Source: the human T2T-CHM13v2.0 reference genome, Homo sapiens
NCBI RefSeq assembly: GCF_009914755.1
Contig: NC_060926.1
DNA: 64,000 nt
Reading direction: 5' to 3' (one strand)
In this document: positions 23,226 through 38,884 of the stretch, in pieces
Layout: each line of letters starts with the position of its first letter
Position numbering within the stretch: the first letter of the stretch is position 1
Program-made: the position numbers and the translations under genes
Notes under the pieces: generated by a model
Databases searched by the model: none
What the model saw: only the letters and a program-made list of their open reading frames with translations
What the model was told of the DNA's origin: nothing

Positions 23226-26200
23226 GGGCTTGTTAATAGGTATTTTTGGAAAAAAGTGAGTAATGCAGACAGAATGTGTGAGACAAAGATCCAGCTATAT
23301 AGGCAGTGACATGTGGGAGTTCTCCTCTGTTGAAATTCACAAAACCTGAAGAATAGTCTTTCTCCCTTCTGACTAAAATAAAACAACATCCTCAGATAGG
23401 AGATCTTGGTTGGCTCGGCTGCTACTCCTTCCCGAAGCTGACCCTTCACTTCTTCAAGCTTTGGGGTGGTGCATCTAGTTCCCCCAGTTCTCTGTCTAAA
23501 CCCCAGGGTGCAGATGCTTAAATATGGCCCCCAGATGGTGCAGAGAAGAAGAGGACAGCATCATCCTTCCCTCCCCAGCCTGCCTGCCTCACCTAACAGG
23601 CCCAATGAGAAACAGGCAATTGCAGAGGGTACCGGGAGAGGCTTTTGATCTGCCGGCTGCACAGAAGCCAGCTGAGCCCAGAAGAAGCAGTGTCAGATTT
23701 ATGGCGGCCCTGAGAAGTACAGATATTAGGTTGGCTGTAGCTCACTGACCTCTTCAGGCTTTCCATTTTGGCCTGAGATTTATTACCTCCCTGGCTTTTT
23801 AAATTCCCAGGGATCTGTGGCTTTAACATTTCTGCTCGAGCCCCCCAATTCACAAGGACTTCCTGTTTGCCGGGACCACAGATAAAGAAGACACAAACCA
23901 CAGAACACCAACACTATGTAATTTTTTTGTTCCTGACTCCTTAATTTCTCAGCCATCCTAGGTGTTCTGTCAAGATGCAGTCTGAAAGTCTAGACCGAGA
24001 GATATCTATGATAGAAAATGTACATCAGTATTTCAAGTCCTCTGAATTTATTCTAGCCATTTGACAGTTGCTTGGAGATACAATCTCAATTTTTGCAATG
24101 GCCCCTTCAGCAAGATATTTATGGCAGATACAACTGTAATTATTTACCTGTAACAAAGTCCAGGTCTGTCTGCTTCAGGTGATTCAGGCAGCAGAGGGAC
24201 AGGGAGAACAGATTCATCTTCCTCTTGTCCAAAAGTCGACCTCTTACCCTCGGGGCCTCTCCCCACTCATTATGAAAATGCTGATGCGCTGGGACATAGC
24301 TGTTTCCTGTGCATCTTCTGGATGCCAGTATTAAAATACATGGACCAGAAAATAAACATATGCAAGATACAATGGTGAAGAGATTAATTTGGTGAGCTCC
24401 TTGAAGGCAGGCAGGGACAGTGCTGCATTTTCTCCGTTTTCTAGCTAAGTGACTTCCATGGGATAAATGCTCCATCAGTATTGAAAGATTTAATTTTTTT
24501 CTGCAAACATATGCAAATTAATACATAGCAATGAGTGCCAGCCCCCCTAATGGTCTCCTGCAGAGACTGTGCAGTTCTTCCAAAGATGCAGCCCTGCAGA
24601 TCTTAGGGCCGAGCCTGGTTTGTAGCATCGCTGAGAGTTGTTTACCAGCACTGAGAGACCAGTAGTCTCTGATCTTTCCAGCCACATTCCACTTTCACCC
24701 AAAAATATTTCCTCAAGTAATTGCCCAGTTTAAGGGCAGACAGGGTTTTCAAACTGTTTTGGAAAAATCATAATCCATCTTGAAAAGGCAAAGATTTGGC
24801 TACACTCCCCAAATCCACAAGCCTGTGCTGTGGATCCATGGGACGATTCCAAAGTGGAGACTAGGACTTTTCTGAGCCATAACAACATGTGGGAATAAAT
24901 GTATTGTCTGTCTAAATGACTTTGTTTTTTTGGCAGAACTAGCATCTATTTGAAGGAACATACAAATTCCTGGGTGTTTGTTAAAAAAAAAAAAAGGCAC
25001 ATTAATTTATATTCTTAACTTGTGTCTTTTTGTTTTGGTTGTTGTTATTTGTGTTCTCACGGGAGGCTCTGAGAATGAAAGGCATTTGTGTGACACTCAG
25101 GGCCCAGTGGTGGTTGGAGATTTTTCTCTCTTGGCTCTCCTCCTGGCATTTGCATGGTTCAGAATCTTCTTGCCATCATGTTGAAATGATCAAGCTGCTG
25201 TGCAGTTTAAACTTGCAGATAAAGCATGCCAGCTTGTCTGTCTCAATACAATGGCAAAAAAATTATGCTTTTTTAAAAAATAAATGTTTTCTATTTTAAA
25301 ATAACACATGCACCCTGTAGAACATTTGAAAACATATCAAAGTAGAAAGCTATTGAGGATCACCTGGAGTCAAAGGATTGATTTCCTTCTAGCATGGTTT
25401 TTCCTAAGCTTAGAGTTTACTTATTTGCAATCAAATAAATATACCTGTTTTCATTTGGCATTGTAAGACATGTACCTTCAGATATTCTGGATAATTCTTT
25501 ATGAGCACTGCTGTGAATAGCTGCATTGTGTCCCATTAAGTGGATGCAGGCCTGCATTTCCTTACTGTTGTCAATTATTGATACTGTTGTCACTCTGATT
25601 TTCTACTATTGCTTCTTCAGGACTCCAAACCCAGAGAATACAGGAAGAAGTGTTCAGTGTCTGCATACAAGTGGATGGCCAGTGCTTTGCTTATCTGAGG
25701 TCTGGGCCTATGCAAAGGACCTGTCTGTCCTGACAGCCACTGCTCTGAGCCCCTTGATTTAGAATCTACCAGGCATCTTCACTGCTGGGTCAGAGGATGC
25801 CCCCCTAGGGCTTCTCCTGAGTCCCCCCAGGTGACCCAGCTTGGCTGATCCTGTCAGCCATGTGCTGTCTTCTGCTCAGTCCTGTCTCAAGACAGGATCT
25901 CAGTGATTTGCTCCTGGCTCCTTAGCAGGTTGATCCCAGCCCACTGGCTCCTGCACCAGTGTCCCAGAAACCCAGGTAGAAAAAGCTTTCTACTCCTACA
26001 TTGTGAGAGAAACCGGGGGCAGGTCTCAGTGGCCTGTGATGGGGTCTGGCCTGGGGGAGTGTCTGGGAGGCCCCGACTCTTTCTGAAGGCAAAACTGAAC
26101 TGCAAGCTACAGCTGTCTAGCATGATTATATGATGTTCATTACTTGTAGCCTATTCCCCTGAAGTTGTCCTAATAAACGTGCTTGTGCTGATTAACATTG

Positions 26201-27421
26201 TGGATGTTCAGAAACATGGTTATGCCTAAGTAAAAGATATTAATATTTCTTATGATGATAGAGAAGCTCTACAATAGCAGGCACATGCTACATGAGGCAG
26301 TGGAAGTTCAAAGACGGAAACCAGCTTCCCCAGGAGGCACAGAGCTAAGTTTAAATCCCCATCTGCTGACGTTAAACCCAGGCTCTTCCCTTTTCACCAT
26401 TCTATTGATTCCAGAAATCCCTGGAATTTTCTATTCTTGTTTAGGAATGAAGAAACTGAGATTCTGAGAAGAAAAGTGAATGCCCCATGGCTACTCAGCT
26501 TGTTGGTAAAAGAATCAAGTCCCCAAACTCTGTCCAAAGGTGGCCATTGGTAGCAACTGAAAATAGAACACAGTTTTCAGGGAGTATGAGTCTGAGATTA
26601 CCAAGGAGCAAAGTGCCACCCGAGAGCCGCCTTTGGTTCTTCCAGGCGCTCTGAGCATTTTGCACGGTGTTCTGAGCGCTCCTGAGCCCCTTCCCTCCCC
26701 AGCCTGCATGCATGCCAGGCAGTTTGTACAAGAACAACACGTTCCCATGAATTTGGGAAAGCGGAAAGCTGCCAATTCACCCCAAGCAGGCATTCCAAGC
26801 TGGCCTGGAGACCTGTCAGTCAGTGATCAATTTGCCCCTCACCAGAGCCTCCCTGAGATTATTCAGCCTGGGACAGGTGGATCTGGTTTCCAAGCTATGA
26901 TCTGCAGTGACTCCTCAGGCCTCGGTGGAGGGTGGGCCCTGGGAGGGGGAAAGCTACTATCTCAAAGCCCCAGCAAATGATTCCCCCAGCTGGGGAGGGC
27001 ACCAGACAGTCCGACACCCTAGCTGAACCGATTTGGCACACACGCCAGCAGCTGACGTTGCTCCCCATTTTCCACGGTGCATCTTGAGAAGCTGTGGGCC
27101 TCAGCCTCCCTGGGTAGCAGGGTGGGCACTTGAAACTGGTAGGTTTGCTATCCTTTTGAATCATTCAGGAAGAAAATAATAATAGGATGGCTGCATCTAT
27201 ATTCTGTTTTCTCCCAAATTGCGTTCACATCCATTATCTCCCTTTGATACTCTGCTTACACAAGCACTGCAAGCCTATTTGAGGAGGGATTTGGCCGATG
27301 TGGCAGGAAAGACCCAGAGGAGAAATGAGTACCTGTGGGTCATGCCCTAATTGGCCCAGTGGGCCCCGGGTCGGCCTTTCCAGGCTGCGGCTCCCGGCCT
27401 CTTCCTGCTCTAGCAGCATTG

Positions 27422-27512
27422 TTTCTTCTTCTTCTTCTTCTTCTTTTCTTCTTCTTCTTCTTCTTCTTCTTCTTCTTCTTCTTCTTCTTCTTCTTCTTCT
27501 TCTTCTTCTTCT

Positions 27513-27544
<32 letters not shown>

Positions 27545-27683
27545 CTCTTCTTCCTCTTCTTCCTCTTCTTCTCCTTCTCCTTCTCCTTCTCCTTCTCCTT
27601 CTCCTTCTTCTCCTCCTCCTCCTCCTCCTCCTCCTTCTCCTTCTCCTTCTCCTCCTTCTCCTTCTTCTCCTTCTCCTTCTTTT
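27422..27683. repeat. Compound (TTC)n/(TTCTCC)n/(TCC)n homopyrimidine tract (GAA on minus strand)
   Basis: (TTC)7 TT (TTC)30 at 27423-27535, then TTCTTCCTC, TTCTCC and TCC blocks; only C/T for ~260 nt. Confidence 0.97.
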
Positions 27684-27689
27684 GTTTTA

Positions 27690-28222
<533 letters not shown>

Positions 28223-31200
28223 TCAAGCCAGCCTGATTATCTGCATCACTGTGTGAACACCCTGACCACAACCCTTCAGTGGCTGCCATCACCTGCAGGA
28301 TTGAGTCCAAAATCCTTATCAAGGCAAAGAAGGTTTTGTGACCTGACTGACCCTCCCCTATAATTCCTTCAACACCCTAGGGAGCTTCATGCCTCTGTAT
28401 TTTTCATAAACTGTTGGTTTCTTTGGTCATACATTTCCTTCCCCCATCTACCTGAAGAGCTATTCATCTTTCAAAGCCCCACACAGGCATTAGCTCCTCT
28501 CTGCACATCCCTGAATCATTCTTTCTCCGGATCACTTTAGAACTTGGTTACACATGAATATAAAGCCCAAAAACATAGATAGGTCTCTCTCCTAGTCATT
28601 AGGCTGCAGAACTAATCTTTTGGTAATGTTTGGAACCCAAAGCACGGCACAGTACCTGACATATAACACATAGCGAATAACAACTGGCATTGGCCTACAG
28701 GGCATTCCATTGGCATGGGTCTTCTGAGGGGGTTGGCTGCCCAGGAACGCACATCTCTACTTGGGGCTTGCAAGGCTTAACATAGCATTCTTGTAGGAGT
28801 GTGGCAGGCTAAGACAGAGGCTGCTTCTGCAGCTTGTCATGCTTCTCGGAGACGCTCATTCCTGAGCCCTAAGATGACAAATATCAGCATGTGTGGCCCT
28901 GTAAGTGAGGTGCAGCCTGAGTTTCTGTTGCACAGCCAGATGCCAGATCCCATGCCCCACCAGGCCTGTCTGAGTCCACACACACCACTGAACATTGCTC
29001 CAGGCATGTGGAAAAGTATGGCATGATAGTGAAGGACCAGCCTTCACAGCATTGACGTCCAGATATCTGGCTTCACCCTCAATCTGGAATCATTGTCCAT
29101 TTTCTAGTTTTTTAGTCCTGCCCCCTGACTCCTAGCTTCTATCCATGATTTCCATCACCTAATTGTAGACAGTAATGACCTTCTATAAAGGCCCAGTCCC
29201 AGGATAGACCTTTTATAGTAGCACAGCCCAGGCTAGCTCGCTCTCTGTGTTTCCTCAGCCCAGGGAAGCTCCTACTGGTCATAGTCCAACCTAGCAAAGG
29301 GTTTAGATACCATGTCCTAACTCTCTAAATGGGGGGACTCCATTGCTACTACTTATGACTTTGGGGACTGACACCCAGCTCTGGCTTCCCCAAAAATCTA
29401 GCCTTGGCTGTAGTCCACCAAGATCTGGGGATTAGCAAAGCAAAATACCCCATTTGGGGTCTGAGTCTCAGATGTTTCCTGCTGTCCAGGGAAGATTTCC
29501 AGCCTGGGCGAAGGTCCACTGAGCCTGAGAAATTTGTCTGAATCCATCAAAGTCATACTGGGACATAAAACTCAAAACCCCTCTCCCCAGCAGGAAGGCT
29601 CCATTCTGCCAAGACACCAGCATGCCATGCCATCAGCAATAATTGCCAACAAGAAGAGAAGAACCGTGTAAGATCAAAAAGATTTTAAATTGTTCAGCCA
29701 TCCAAAATTGTCTGTGGTGATGGTTTTCAGGAGTCAGAGGTAGGGAAGGAGACCCGCCCCTCTGAAATTCACCTGCTACCCACACCATACACACACATGC
29801 CCTGAAGATCTAGATTTTTGCTACCTGTTACCCATACTGTGCTCTGCCTGGGCTGTTCCTTGCTCAGCCTAGTTAAAATTAACCCCTTTATACCTTGGCC
29901 AACCTGCAAGGTGGAGCATTTAAAGGGCAGAAGTGGGTAAAAGAAACAAAAGGAAGAGAAGAGCTGTTTGTGTTTACCATTGTGTTGCTTTTGAGCTCCT
30001 GAAGGAAACATTCCTCAGTGCTATAGGATTAGCTGGAGTTATTTTAAATGGCTTATTTTAAAAGACTATTGTTAAACCATAAGTCACCTATATTTTAACA
30101 ATGCATGGGCACTGAGGGCCTGCATATTTAACAAGTGCTGTCGTCACTACTGGAGAAAAGTGAGCCACCTGGCGACATTGTTGACTCTGCCTCTTGGGCC
30201 ACTCAGGACTGGGTGCTGGGTGGAGGACATGGGATGGGGCAGGGATGGACAAAAGGTAGTAGAAGACAATGGCCCATTTGAGAAACTTAGAGTCTGTTTG
30301 GGAAGAAAACCTGGAATGCATGAAAAACTCAACTACTGTAAGCTGTAAACAGGCATCTGAGGCTGAAGTGTCCGTTCCCCCAACAGGCCTGGTAAGGCGG
30401 GGGGCTCCTGGGTGAGGTAGGCCATGAAGGCACAACAGGATCCTCTGGGTAGGGAGGACCAGGAGGCCTCTGCCTCAGCCATGGAATCAAGTGACAGAGG
30501 AGAGGGCGGCTAGAGAAAGAGAGAAGACACCTGGAGGACCCTGGCCTTCTGAGCTGGCCTTGTTGAGGTGTTTGCCACAGGCACTGTTTTTCCATTGCTA
30601 GGCTTACCCCCTGCCCCCACCACCCAAGATTTATTTAATTTATTTCTTGATATATGCTGGTTAAATTAACCAATGAATTTGTAAAGAAGCAGAGTCTTGA
30701 AGAGTGAGTAGAAATTAGGTGGAAATAGGAGAGATGATGTCGCTGGCAGAAAGAACATGGGGTGCAGAAGCCCAGAGGCCAAGTGCGTTGGGTTTACATA
30801 GGGGGCTGCATGGTCAGTGGGTGTGGAAAGGGACAAGGTGGGAGCCAGGATGGTCAGGTCTGGGGCACTGGGCAGAGACCTCATCCCGGAGGGTCTTATG
30901 GGTCTTGAAATATATTTTAGCCTATTTCAGGAAATATAGAAATATTTCCCTTTTTTTTTTCTTTAGTTTCTAAGCTGTCTTTTCCTAGCAAGGAGGCAGG
31001 ATTTCCACATTAGGTTTAGTGGTTGAGAGTGGTTTGAGGTAACAGAGGCCAGACAGAGGCCCCCTCTCTGGGCATGAGTCAAGCAGCCCGAGGTTTTGGT
31101 ATTGATGTCTGCATTGCCTTTGCATGAGTCTCTGGATTTGAACTGCTGTGTTAGGTGGGCAAAGTATCAAGCTTGGGACTGGGCTTCTCTCTCTCCAACA

Positions 31201-31659
31201 CTGTGACTGAGACTGTGGCTCAGTGGCCTGGGTTCACAGGCCCTGGCTTCCTCCTTGTGATCTTTCTTCATAGGAGACAGGACAATGTACCTGGGCCCAG
31301 AACACTTCTTTAAACAGAGGACTCTAGGCTAGGCTCAGCCCCAAAGTTCACTCTGCAATTCCCCAGGCAAGGGGTTGATGCCTGTTTGCACTCCAGCTCG
31401 GGCTTGTGGATTTGCTGTTGAGTTTGGCACTGATTTGCAATCTGCAAGTTGATGGATGCTGAGGCTGCTGGCAGCTGGGCGAGTGAGAAGTGACTCTGAG
31501 ATAAGAGAACCCCTCCTGATATTTACAGCAGGGCTCTGAGAGTCCAGACAGTTTTCTGAGGCCTCAGCCAGATCTGGGGAGGGGAGCCAGAACTGGGTGG
31601 GTGGCCCAGGGTCTTGGGATGAGTGAGGACATCTCAGGCAAAGGGTGGAAAGCACTTCA

Positions 31660-31850
31660 GGCTCGGAGTCCTGGAGGCCTGGGTCCTTTTCCTGGCCCCC
31701 TCAACCTGAACAATCTGTGTGCCACTGGGAAAACTATTTCCTCTCCCTGAGCTCTCTATACCACAAAGTGAGGACAACAATTTGGGCCTTGGTCTCAGCC
31801 ATGCATGTCATGAGGATCAAATGAGATGACATCTGTAAAAAGACTATGCA
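31660..31850 (+). mobile_element. MIR fragment
   Basis: CTCTCCCTGAGCTCTC...TGAGGATCAAATGAGATGACATCTGTAAAA. Confidence 0.55.
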
Positions 31851-32987
31851 AGAACTTTAAAGATTCATGAAAATATTGTAAAGGTCATTAAATTACAGGA
31901 ATGTGTCCCCTGTCAGCTGACAATTGCCCAGCATAACACTACAGAGTGCTTAGGAAGACTTGGGGAATTACGACCTCTCTGTTCTAATGTATATTAAGAT
32001 AGGCATGAAATAAGACTTGGGATTTTTGTGGCCCTTCTTGTTTAGATCTGGTTAAAGCATAGATGTAAATACAAGCATCTCAAGTGCTGGTGTGGTCAGT
32101 ATTATGAAGTTGCTCATCAGTGCCTGAAGTTCAGGAAACCTGAGCTGGGCACAGAACCAGGCCTTTCAACATCAGCATTTCATTAAATCTTAGTGTTAGG
32201 ATGTAGGCATTGCTGGCCCATTCCTCAGAGCCAGGCTGTCAGCCTCTGCTTAATCCACGATGACTGGAACATACGGGCTTGGAGAAGCACACAGCCTATG
32301 AGAGTTCACCAGCCACTGTGCTGGGTTCCCTCTAGGCCAAGGGGGCTCCCCCTCAGGCTCTGTGCTTTTCCTGCTACTCCTGATGGTGATTTTCTTGCTT
32401 ATTTGCATGTACCTCAGGGGCTTGTGCCTGAATGACTCCTGTAAGCTTTATCTTACGGGGTCTTCACCATAACCCTGAGAGCTGGGGGTCAGGGAGAGGT
32501 GTTATTATAATGACTTACAAGTACAAACAGAAAGGGAGATTCTGGAAAAGGAAAGAAAGGAGGAAGGAGAAAGAAGGGAAGGAGAAAAAACCTTTGAAGT
32601 TTTCGGTGTGTCAGGCACTTCCACATTTACTACCTCATTTCATCCTGCCTACCCATGGGGCTGGAATTATTATCCCCTTCTTCAGATGAAAAAGGGAGGT
32701 CCTGAGGATGTAGACAACTTACCACAAGCCACATGTGTAATAAGTGGCAAACCTAGACCTCTGAGGCAGATTGCATGACTATAAGGTCAGACCAAATTAA
32801 TCAGTTTTGGTTTTTTGGAGTTTTATTCATGTTGCTGGTTTCCCTTCTGGAAGAAAGAGGAGGATATTACAATTAAGAGCAGAAGTGATGTTTTTAAGTT
32901 ATCCTTTCTGGAAAAATAAACAAACACAACCTTTTGAAATAAAGCCAAAGTGTGGGGGGAATTGCTGAAGGTGGAAGATAGCTTTTA

Positions 32988-33137
32988 TTTTTTAAATTAT
33001 TTCATTATATATATTTTTTGTAGACACAGCATCCCACTATGTTGCTCTGACTGGTTTCAAACTCCTGAGCTCAAGCAATCCTCCCACCTCAGCCTCCCAA
33101 AGTGCTGGGGTTACAGGTGGGAGCCACTGCACCCAGC
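32988..33137 (-). mobile_element. Free left Alu monomer (FLAM-like)
   Basis: Antisense monomer flanked by a 22-bp duplication TGAAGGTGGAAGA(T/C)AGCTTTTA at 32966-32987 and 33139-33160. Confidence 0.88.
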
Positions 33138-35619
33138 TTGAAGGTGGAAGACAGCTTTTAAACTGGAAATTGCTTAGTGGAAACATTTCCTCACTTTGGT
33201 AGAGCCTCAAATAGAAAGGATCAGGGTGTAGTGAAAGGTGTCATCCCAGTGCAGAGAGCTTAAGCCCAGAAAACCAGAGAACTGGGGTGTGTTTGGCATC
33301 TGTGGGCAGCCCACTGGAGGACCCTGGACACTTTATGTGCATCCTGTGCCTTGTTATCCACATCCTTAAAATGGATTTACTAATATCCCCAAAAGCAGAT
33401 AAGAAATGTGATAACCTGATTAAAAATCTCTCTGTCCCAAGCTTTATTTTTCTTCATAGCTCTCCTCACCACCTGACATATCACATAGTTAGTTTTCAAC
33501 ATCCCTTCCTAAGACGTAAGCAGCCTGAAAGTAGCCACTTTGCTCTACTGCAGCCCCAGCACCTGGATCAATGGCATTATATAACAGATACTGTGTAAGC
33601 AACTTGTGGAATATAGCAACCAATGAAGAATGAATGAACAGCTTGTCCTGTAAGCATCATGGAAAGGATCTTTTGTTCCCTTATGTATCACCTAGCACAG
33701 AGCCTATACATAGTAAACGCTCAACAGATCTTCAATGAACAAATTAATACAAGAAGGTGTAAAAATGCTTTTGTGAATAGGAAGGAACACAGACACTAAC
33801 ACATAAGATACACAAATATAAGAGTAACAACCCCATCAAATAGCAGTCTCCAAAGGGAAATGGAGATAGTAGCTTGACACTCAGCATGTTTTGTTGCAGC
33901 TTCTTACTTTATTCAACCAACAGGTTATCCTGAAAACAATCAGCATGTGATCTCTTAATAACAGTCACTTCTAAGGATGAATTTGGCCAATAGCTTCCAA
34001 ATCAGTGTGCATGTGGAGACACAGAAAGACTCCAAACCAAAGGAGAAATTACAAAGGTGAGCCCAGTGCCCAAGGCCTGCCAGAGAGAGAAACCAGGAAA
34101 AGACCATTAAATCCTGAGAATGGTCTCTGTGCTAATAATCTAAGCTACTATTAGCGACTTACAGCAGAGAATTTTTTTGAAATGCTAGAACACATATGAT
34201 TTTTATCTTGCCATTATCCCTGTAATCATTGGTCCTGATTAAAGACTTCTGCCCTAAAAGATGGATGGGCTCGAACACTTAAATATATAGTAATCGTTCA
34301 CTTCTTAAATGCTGTTTCTCCCAAGACATCCTTCCATGCACTTCAATTTAACGAGCAGCAATTGTTTCTCTTCAACTATTTGAAAAACACTGGAGAGTTT
34401 GGTTGAAGGGGGATGGTATAAAAAAATATAGTAATAATTCTAACCACCTCCATTCTTCCCAACTAAGGAAGTTAACTAAGCAGTTAAGAGACTTGTTAGA
34501 ATTTTTTGCAATGAAGAGGCATATATTTGAAAAAATGCCAAAACATGTTAGTGCCTGTTTCTCCATAAATATGCAGGGCAAGATAGTCATCAAAAAGGAA
34601 ACGTTAGGGTATCATTCACTTCACTCCTCTCACATCTAGTTAATGCCAAATGGCCTGGGATTCCCAGGACATTTCTGTGACATCTGATTCCCCAAGTTTC
34701 CCTTCCCATCCTGACCCAGTTGTCACCTCACTTAGCTCACAGTCCTTCATGTCAAATCCCTTTGGGACAGTTGTCATCTCAAGCTTGGGTTTAAAACCAT
34801 AGGAATTGGGGCTGCGCATATCCAGAGAGTAACATGAGTTCTTTGTGATGGATGGAGGTTGAAATTTTTTTTGTACCGTGTCTAGTAGCAAATCTTGAAC
34901 TACAACAGCAACAATCACCTTATCAGTGAAGGTGAAGAGATACGGTGAGTATCTTTGTGTAAATCTCAATGTTTCTTTGTCAAGTTTGCCTAAAGCAAGA
35001 CTCCTCTTCAAGGCCTCCCCGACAGTCCAACTTCAGACTAGAATTTCAGTCTCATGGCTGCATTTCTTTAAATAGAATCCACCTGCTAATAATGTGTGGT
35101 CATTCACTCTTCCCAGACACCCTGTTCAATGTCATCTTCAGTTTCCTTGCTCCTGCTCTCTCTCTTCCCTAGAACATCCTAACCCCTGTCTCTATTTGTC
35201 AGGACTGTACTCATTCACAGCCATCCTGGGTAAAGGAGATCATCTATTCCAAGTTTTCTCCACTAACCAATCTCAAGTTATCAGCCCTCTTTCTTCTCTC
35301 CTTTGTCTGTCATTGCACTGAGGATGTGGGGCTTGTAGGAGAAGCATCTGGACACATCTGTCCCCCCCAGCTATGAGCTACAAGAGACTAAGGAAGTGGT
35401 TTTCTTCTTAGCACCCCAGTGCCCAGCATAGGACCTGGCACATGTGCATTGTCAGTGCTTGCAGACTGAAATGGAATTCCACTCTTGGAATTTAGAACCT
35501 TTGGGAAGAGACATCCATTTTTTATTTCACCCCAAAACCTCATCATCTCCCTTTCCAAGCTAAACTCTCCTAGTTCCTTCCAGCTCTTCTGCCACATCAT
35601 TTCCACTGGGGGAGGGGAT

Positions 35620-35795
35620 GCAGACATGCCTGAATTTGAATCTTTACTTCCTAGTGACTCATTAGCCATGTAACTTTAACAAGATCTTAGCTGGTCTCTG
35701 CTGGAGTTTCCTTAGCTGTGAAATGAGGATAAGGTGGCAGAGGAACGCCTAGGAGATGGATGGAGATCAACAGATGTAAAGCACTCAGCACATGG
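35620..35795 (+). mobile_element. MIR fragment
   Basis: CCTGAATTTGAATC...GTTTCCTTAGCTGTGAAATGAGGATAA...GATGTAAAGCACTCAGCACA. Confidence 0.65.
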
Positions 35796-36739
35796 CAGCC
35801 TCCATCCTGCCCCCTGTTCTGCTCACACCTGGGGGATTTCTGTTGGCCAACATCCTTCCAAAGGAGCCCAACACTCTCAATTTTCCCTCGGAATTGGTAA
35901 AACAGCTGTGCTTTCATCTCCCTTTAACGGTTGCATTTCATTGCTAGCAATTCCTTCTAGCTCAGAGAACCTGGGCTTCCAATCTAATGATGTCCCTAAA
36001 GGGCTGACAAATAAAGCTCTCCAGTGCTCAACTGCCATTTAATATTAACACTGAAGGATCCTTTTTGAGTTAAGGTACTGACAGTTCTAATGAAACATAA
36101 ATACAAGAGAGTAACATGTATCTTATAGGTATCCCAAGCTTACCATGACACAGTGGTTCCTACCACCCAGTCTGGAGAGCAGCAGATCTGGACTCAAGTC
36201 CAGGACCCAGAAGTGATAAGCTGTGTGGCCCCAATCAAGCTATTTAGTGTCTCTGAGCCTTGATATGCCAGGAGCCCCTGCCTCATCTGATTATTATAAG
36301 AAGCAATGCATGCAAAGCACTTAGTACTGCACCAGACAGATAGTAGGCACTTCACTGGTGGGGGATACCAAACAAGGCTGTTCTGAGAGTGAAATGAGTT
36401 AAGATCTATATTAAAAAGTGCTTGGAAGTTATGACAAGTTTATTCATTGCCTCTTTCTGTGTTTGGGGTCCCAGTGATGCCATTATCCTCAGAGTGCCCA
36501 AGTCAGATACCTGGACCATTCCCAACTTATTTCTCTCTCGCTTTACCCTATCTTTCCTGTCTCCCGCCCCAAACCACTTCAAGTCCTGTTGACTTTGCCT
36601 CCCTACTGTCTAGCCTTGCTTCCCCTCATAGTCTTTGGACCTTATCATGGGCCCCCAAGCTCCTTGTTCCTCTTATTCACAGCTGTTTTCATAATTTGTG
36701 TTTTTCTATTTATTTCTGGCACTATATGTTTCTTCCCCA

Positions 36740-37450
36740 CTAGTAGACCAGATGTTTTCAGAGTCAGGGACTCTGTTTTGCTCACCATTGTTCATCCCCG
36801 GTGCCTAGCACAGTGCCTGTTATATGGTAGGTACTAAATAAAGATTCTTGGGTGAATAGATAGATGTATGAATGGATAAGTGAATGAATGAGTGAGCACT
36901 GGACTTAGACCTCAATGCCTATCCACCCTGTAACCAGAGCGATCTTTTTAAAAATAAATCTGATTGTGTCACTCTCCTGTTTACATCCTTCTGTGACTTC
37001 CCATGTGATTAGGATGAATTCCAAATTGCTTAGCCAATCTCACCAAGCAGTGCCTGCTGCGGACCAGCTTGTTTTAGCCTATCTGCTGAGCTTCTACAGT
37101 GTGCTTGTTACACCAAGCCACTGAAACCACCCCCAAACCACCCTGCTGCCTTTGCACGTGGAGCTCCCGCATCTGGGTCTCTGCATTCCCCCTTCTACAC
37201 CAGCCCCACTTCAGCTGACCAACTCCTAATGGTACTTCAAGATTCTCTCCAAGGTCCCTACTGCAGGGAGCCTTCCCTGCCCACACAGGCATGTTTGGGG
37301 AGCATCCTCTGAGCATGCCCAGGACCTCCTGGTTGCCCTAGCAGAGCACTTTGTCTGCTGCCTGCCGGTATCACCCATTAGCACATGAACGTATGGAGGA
37401 CAGGGACCATATATTCATATTAGTCTTTCATGTCTTCCACTGAGCTTGTC
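36740..37450 (+). mobile_element. L2 LINE 3' fragments
   Basis: GTGCCTAGCACAGTGCCTG...TAGGTACTAAATAA...TGAATGAATG tail; CCAGAGCGATCTTTTTAAAAATAAATCTGATTGTGTCACTC. Confidence 0.65.
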
Positions 37451-38048
37451 TCAGAAGAGGAAGTTAGTACTTTTTTAGTCGTGGGCGAGGGAGTGAGTGA
37501 ATGAAACCACAACTCCCCACTAACACTGTAGACAGGAATTTGTTCTGTATGGGAGCATCTCATAGAGAGTAGCACTTCAGAATAGACTGCAAATCAGCAT
37601 GGTGGAGAGCAGAGAAACAGCCCTCCAGGACTGCAAATACAGAGCACCCAGGCCTGGGAGATGCAGTGAGGTGGGGCATTGGGGGTTAAACAGTCTGTGC
37701 TGGGTGATGAGAGCAGGACCTCCGGTAAGTCTGAAACTTACCTTCTCCTGGGAGAGACGGACACAGGCGATGGACAAATGAGCAAAACAGATCAATGTAA
37801 AATAATTACAGATTACTGTAAGAGTTTTGAAGGAAACAAACCTGGGAATTTGAATAGTATGGTCACAAAAAGCCCATCTGAATAGTGTTATTTAAAAGGA
37901 AAAGATGAGAAGGAGCCCCATGTGAAAAGCTGGAGGAGGAGCAATGCAGGCAGCAGACACAGCATGTGCAAAGGTCCAGCTGCTGACTTGTGTGAGGATC
38001 CATAAAATAAACATGACAGTGTTGTTAGGACCTAGCGTGATCGTATCA

Positions 38049-38050
<2 letters not shown>

Positions 38051-38092
<42 letters not shown>
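38051..38092. repeat. (CA)21 microsatellite
   Basis: Direct reading. Confidence 0.97.
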
Positions 38093-38096
<4 letters not shown>

Positions 38097-38189
38097 AGTT
38101 CAAATATGGTCTCAGGACTTCTCATCTCAGTTTTCTTAACAATAGATGGCAAACATTAAACCTAAATAAAATAATCTTCCCCTGGGGAC

Positions 38190-38884
<695 letters not shown>

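Noticed and set aside
31576-31620. G-quadruplex-like G-runs (also about 30211-30244)
   Set aside because: Common in the genome, long loops, no supporting context
34640-35011. 123-aa minus-strand ORF with protein-like composition
   Set aside because: Non-ATG start and no recognisable homology; length within chance expectation
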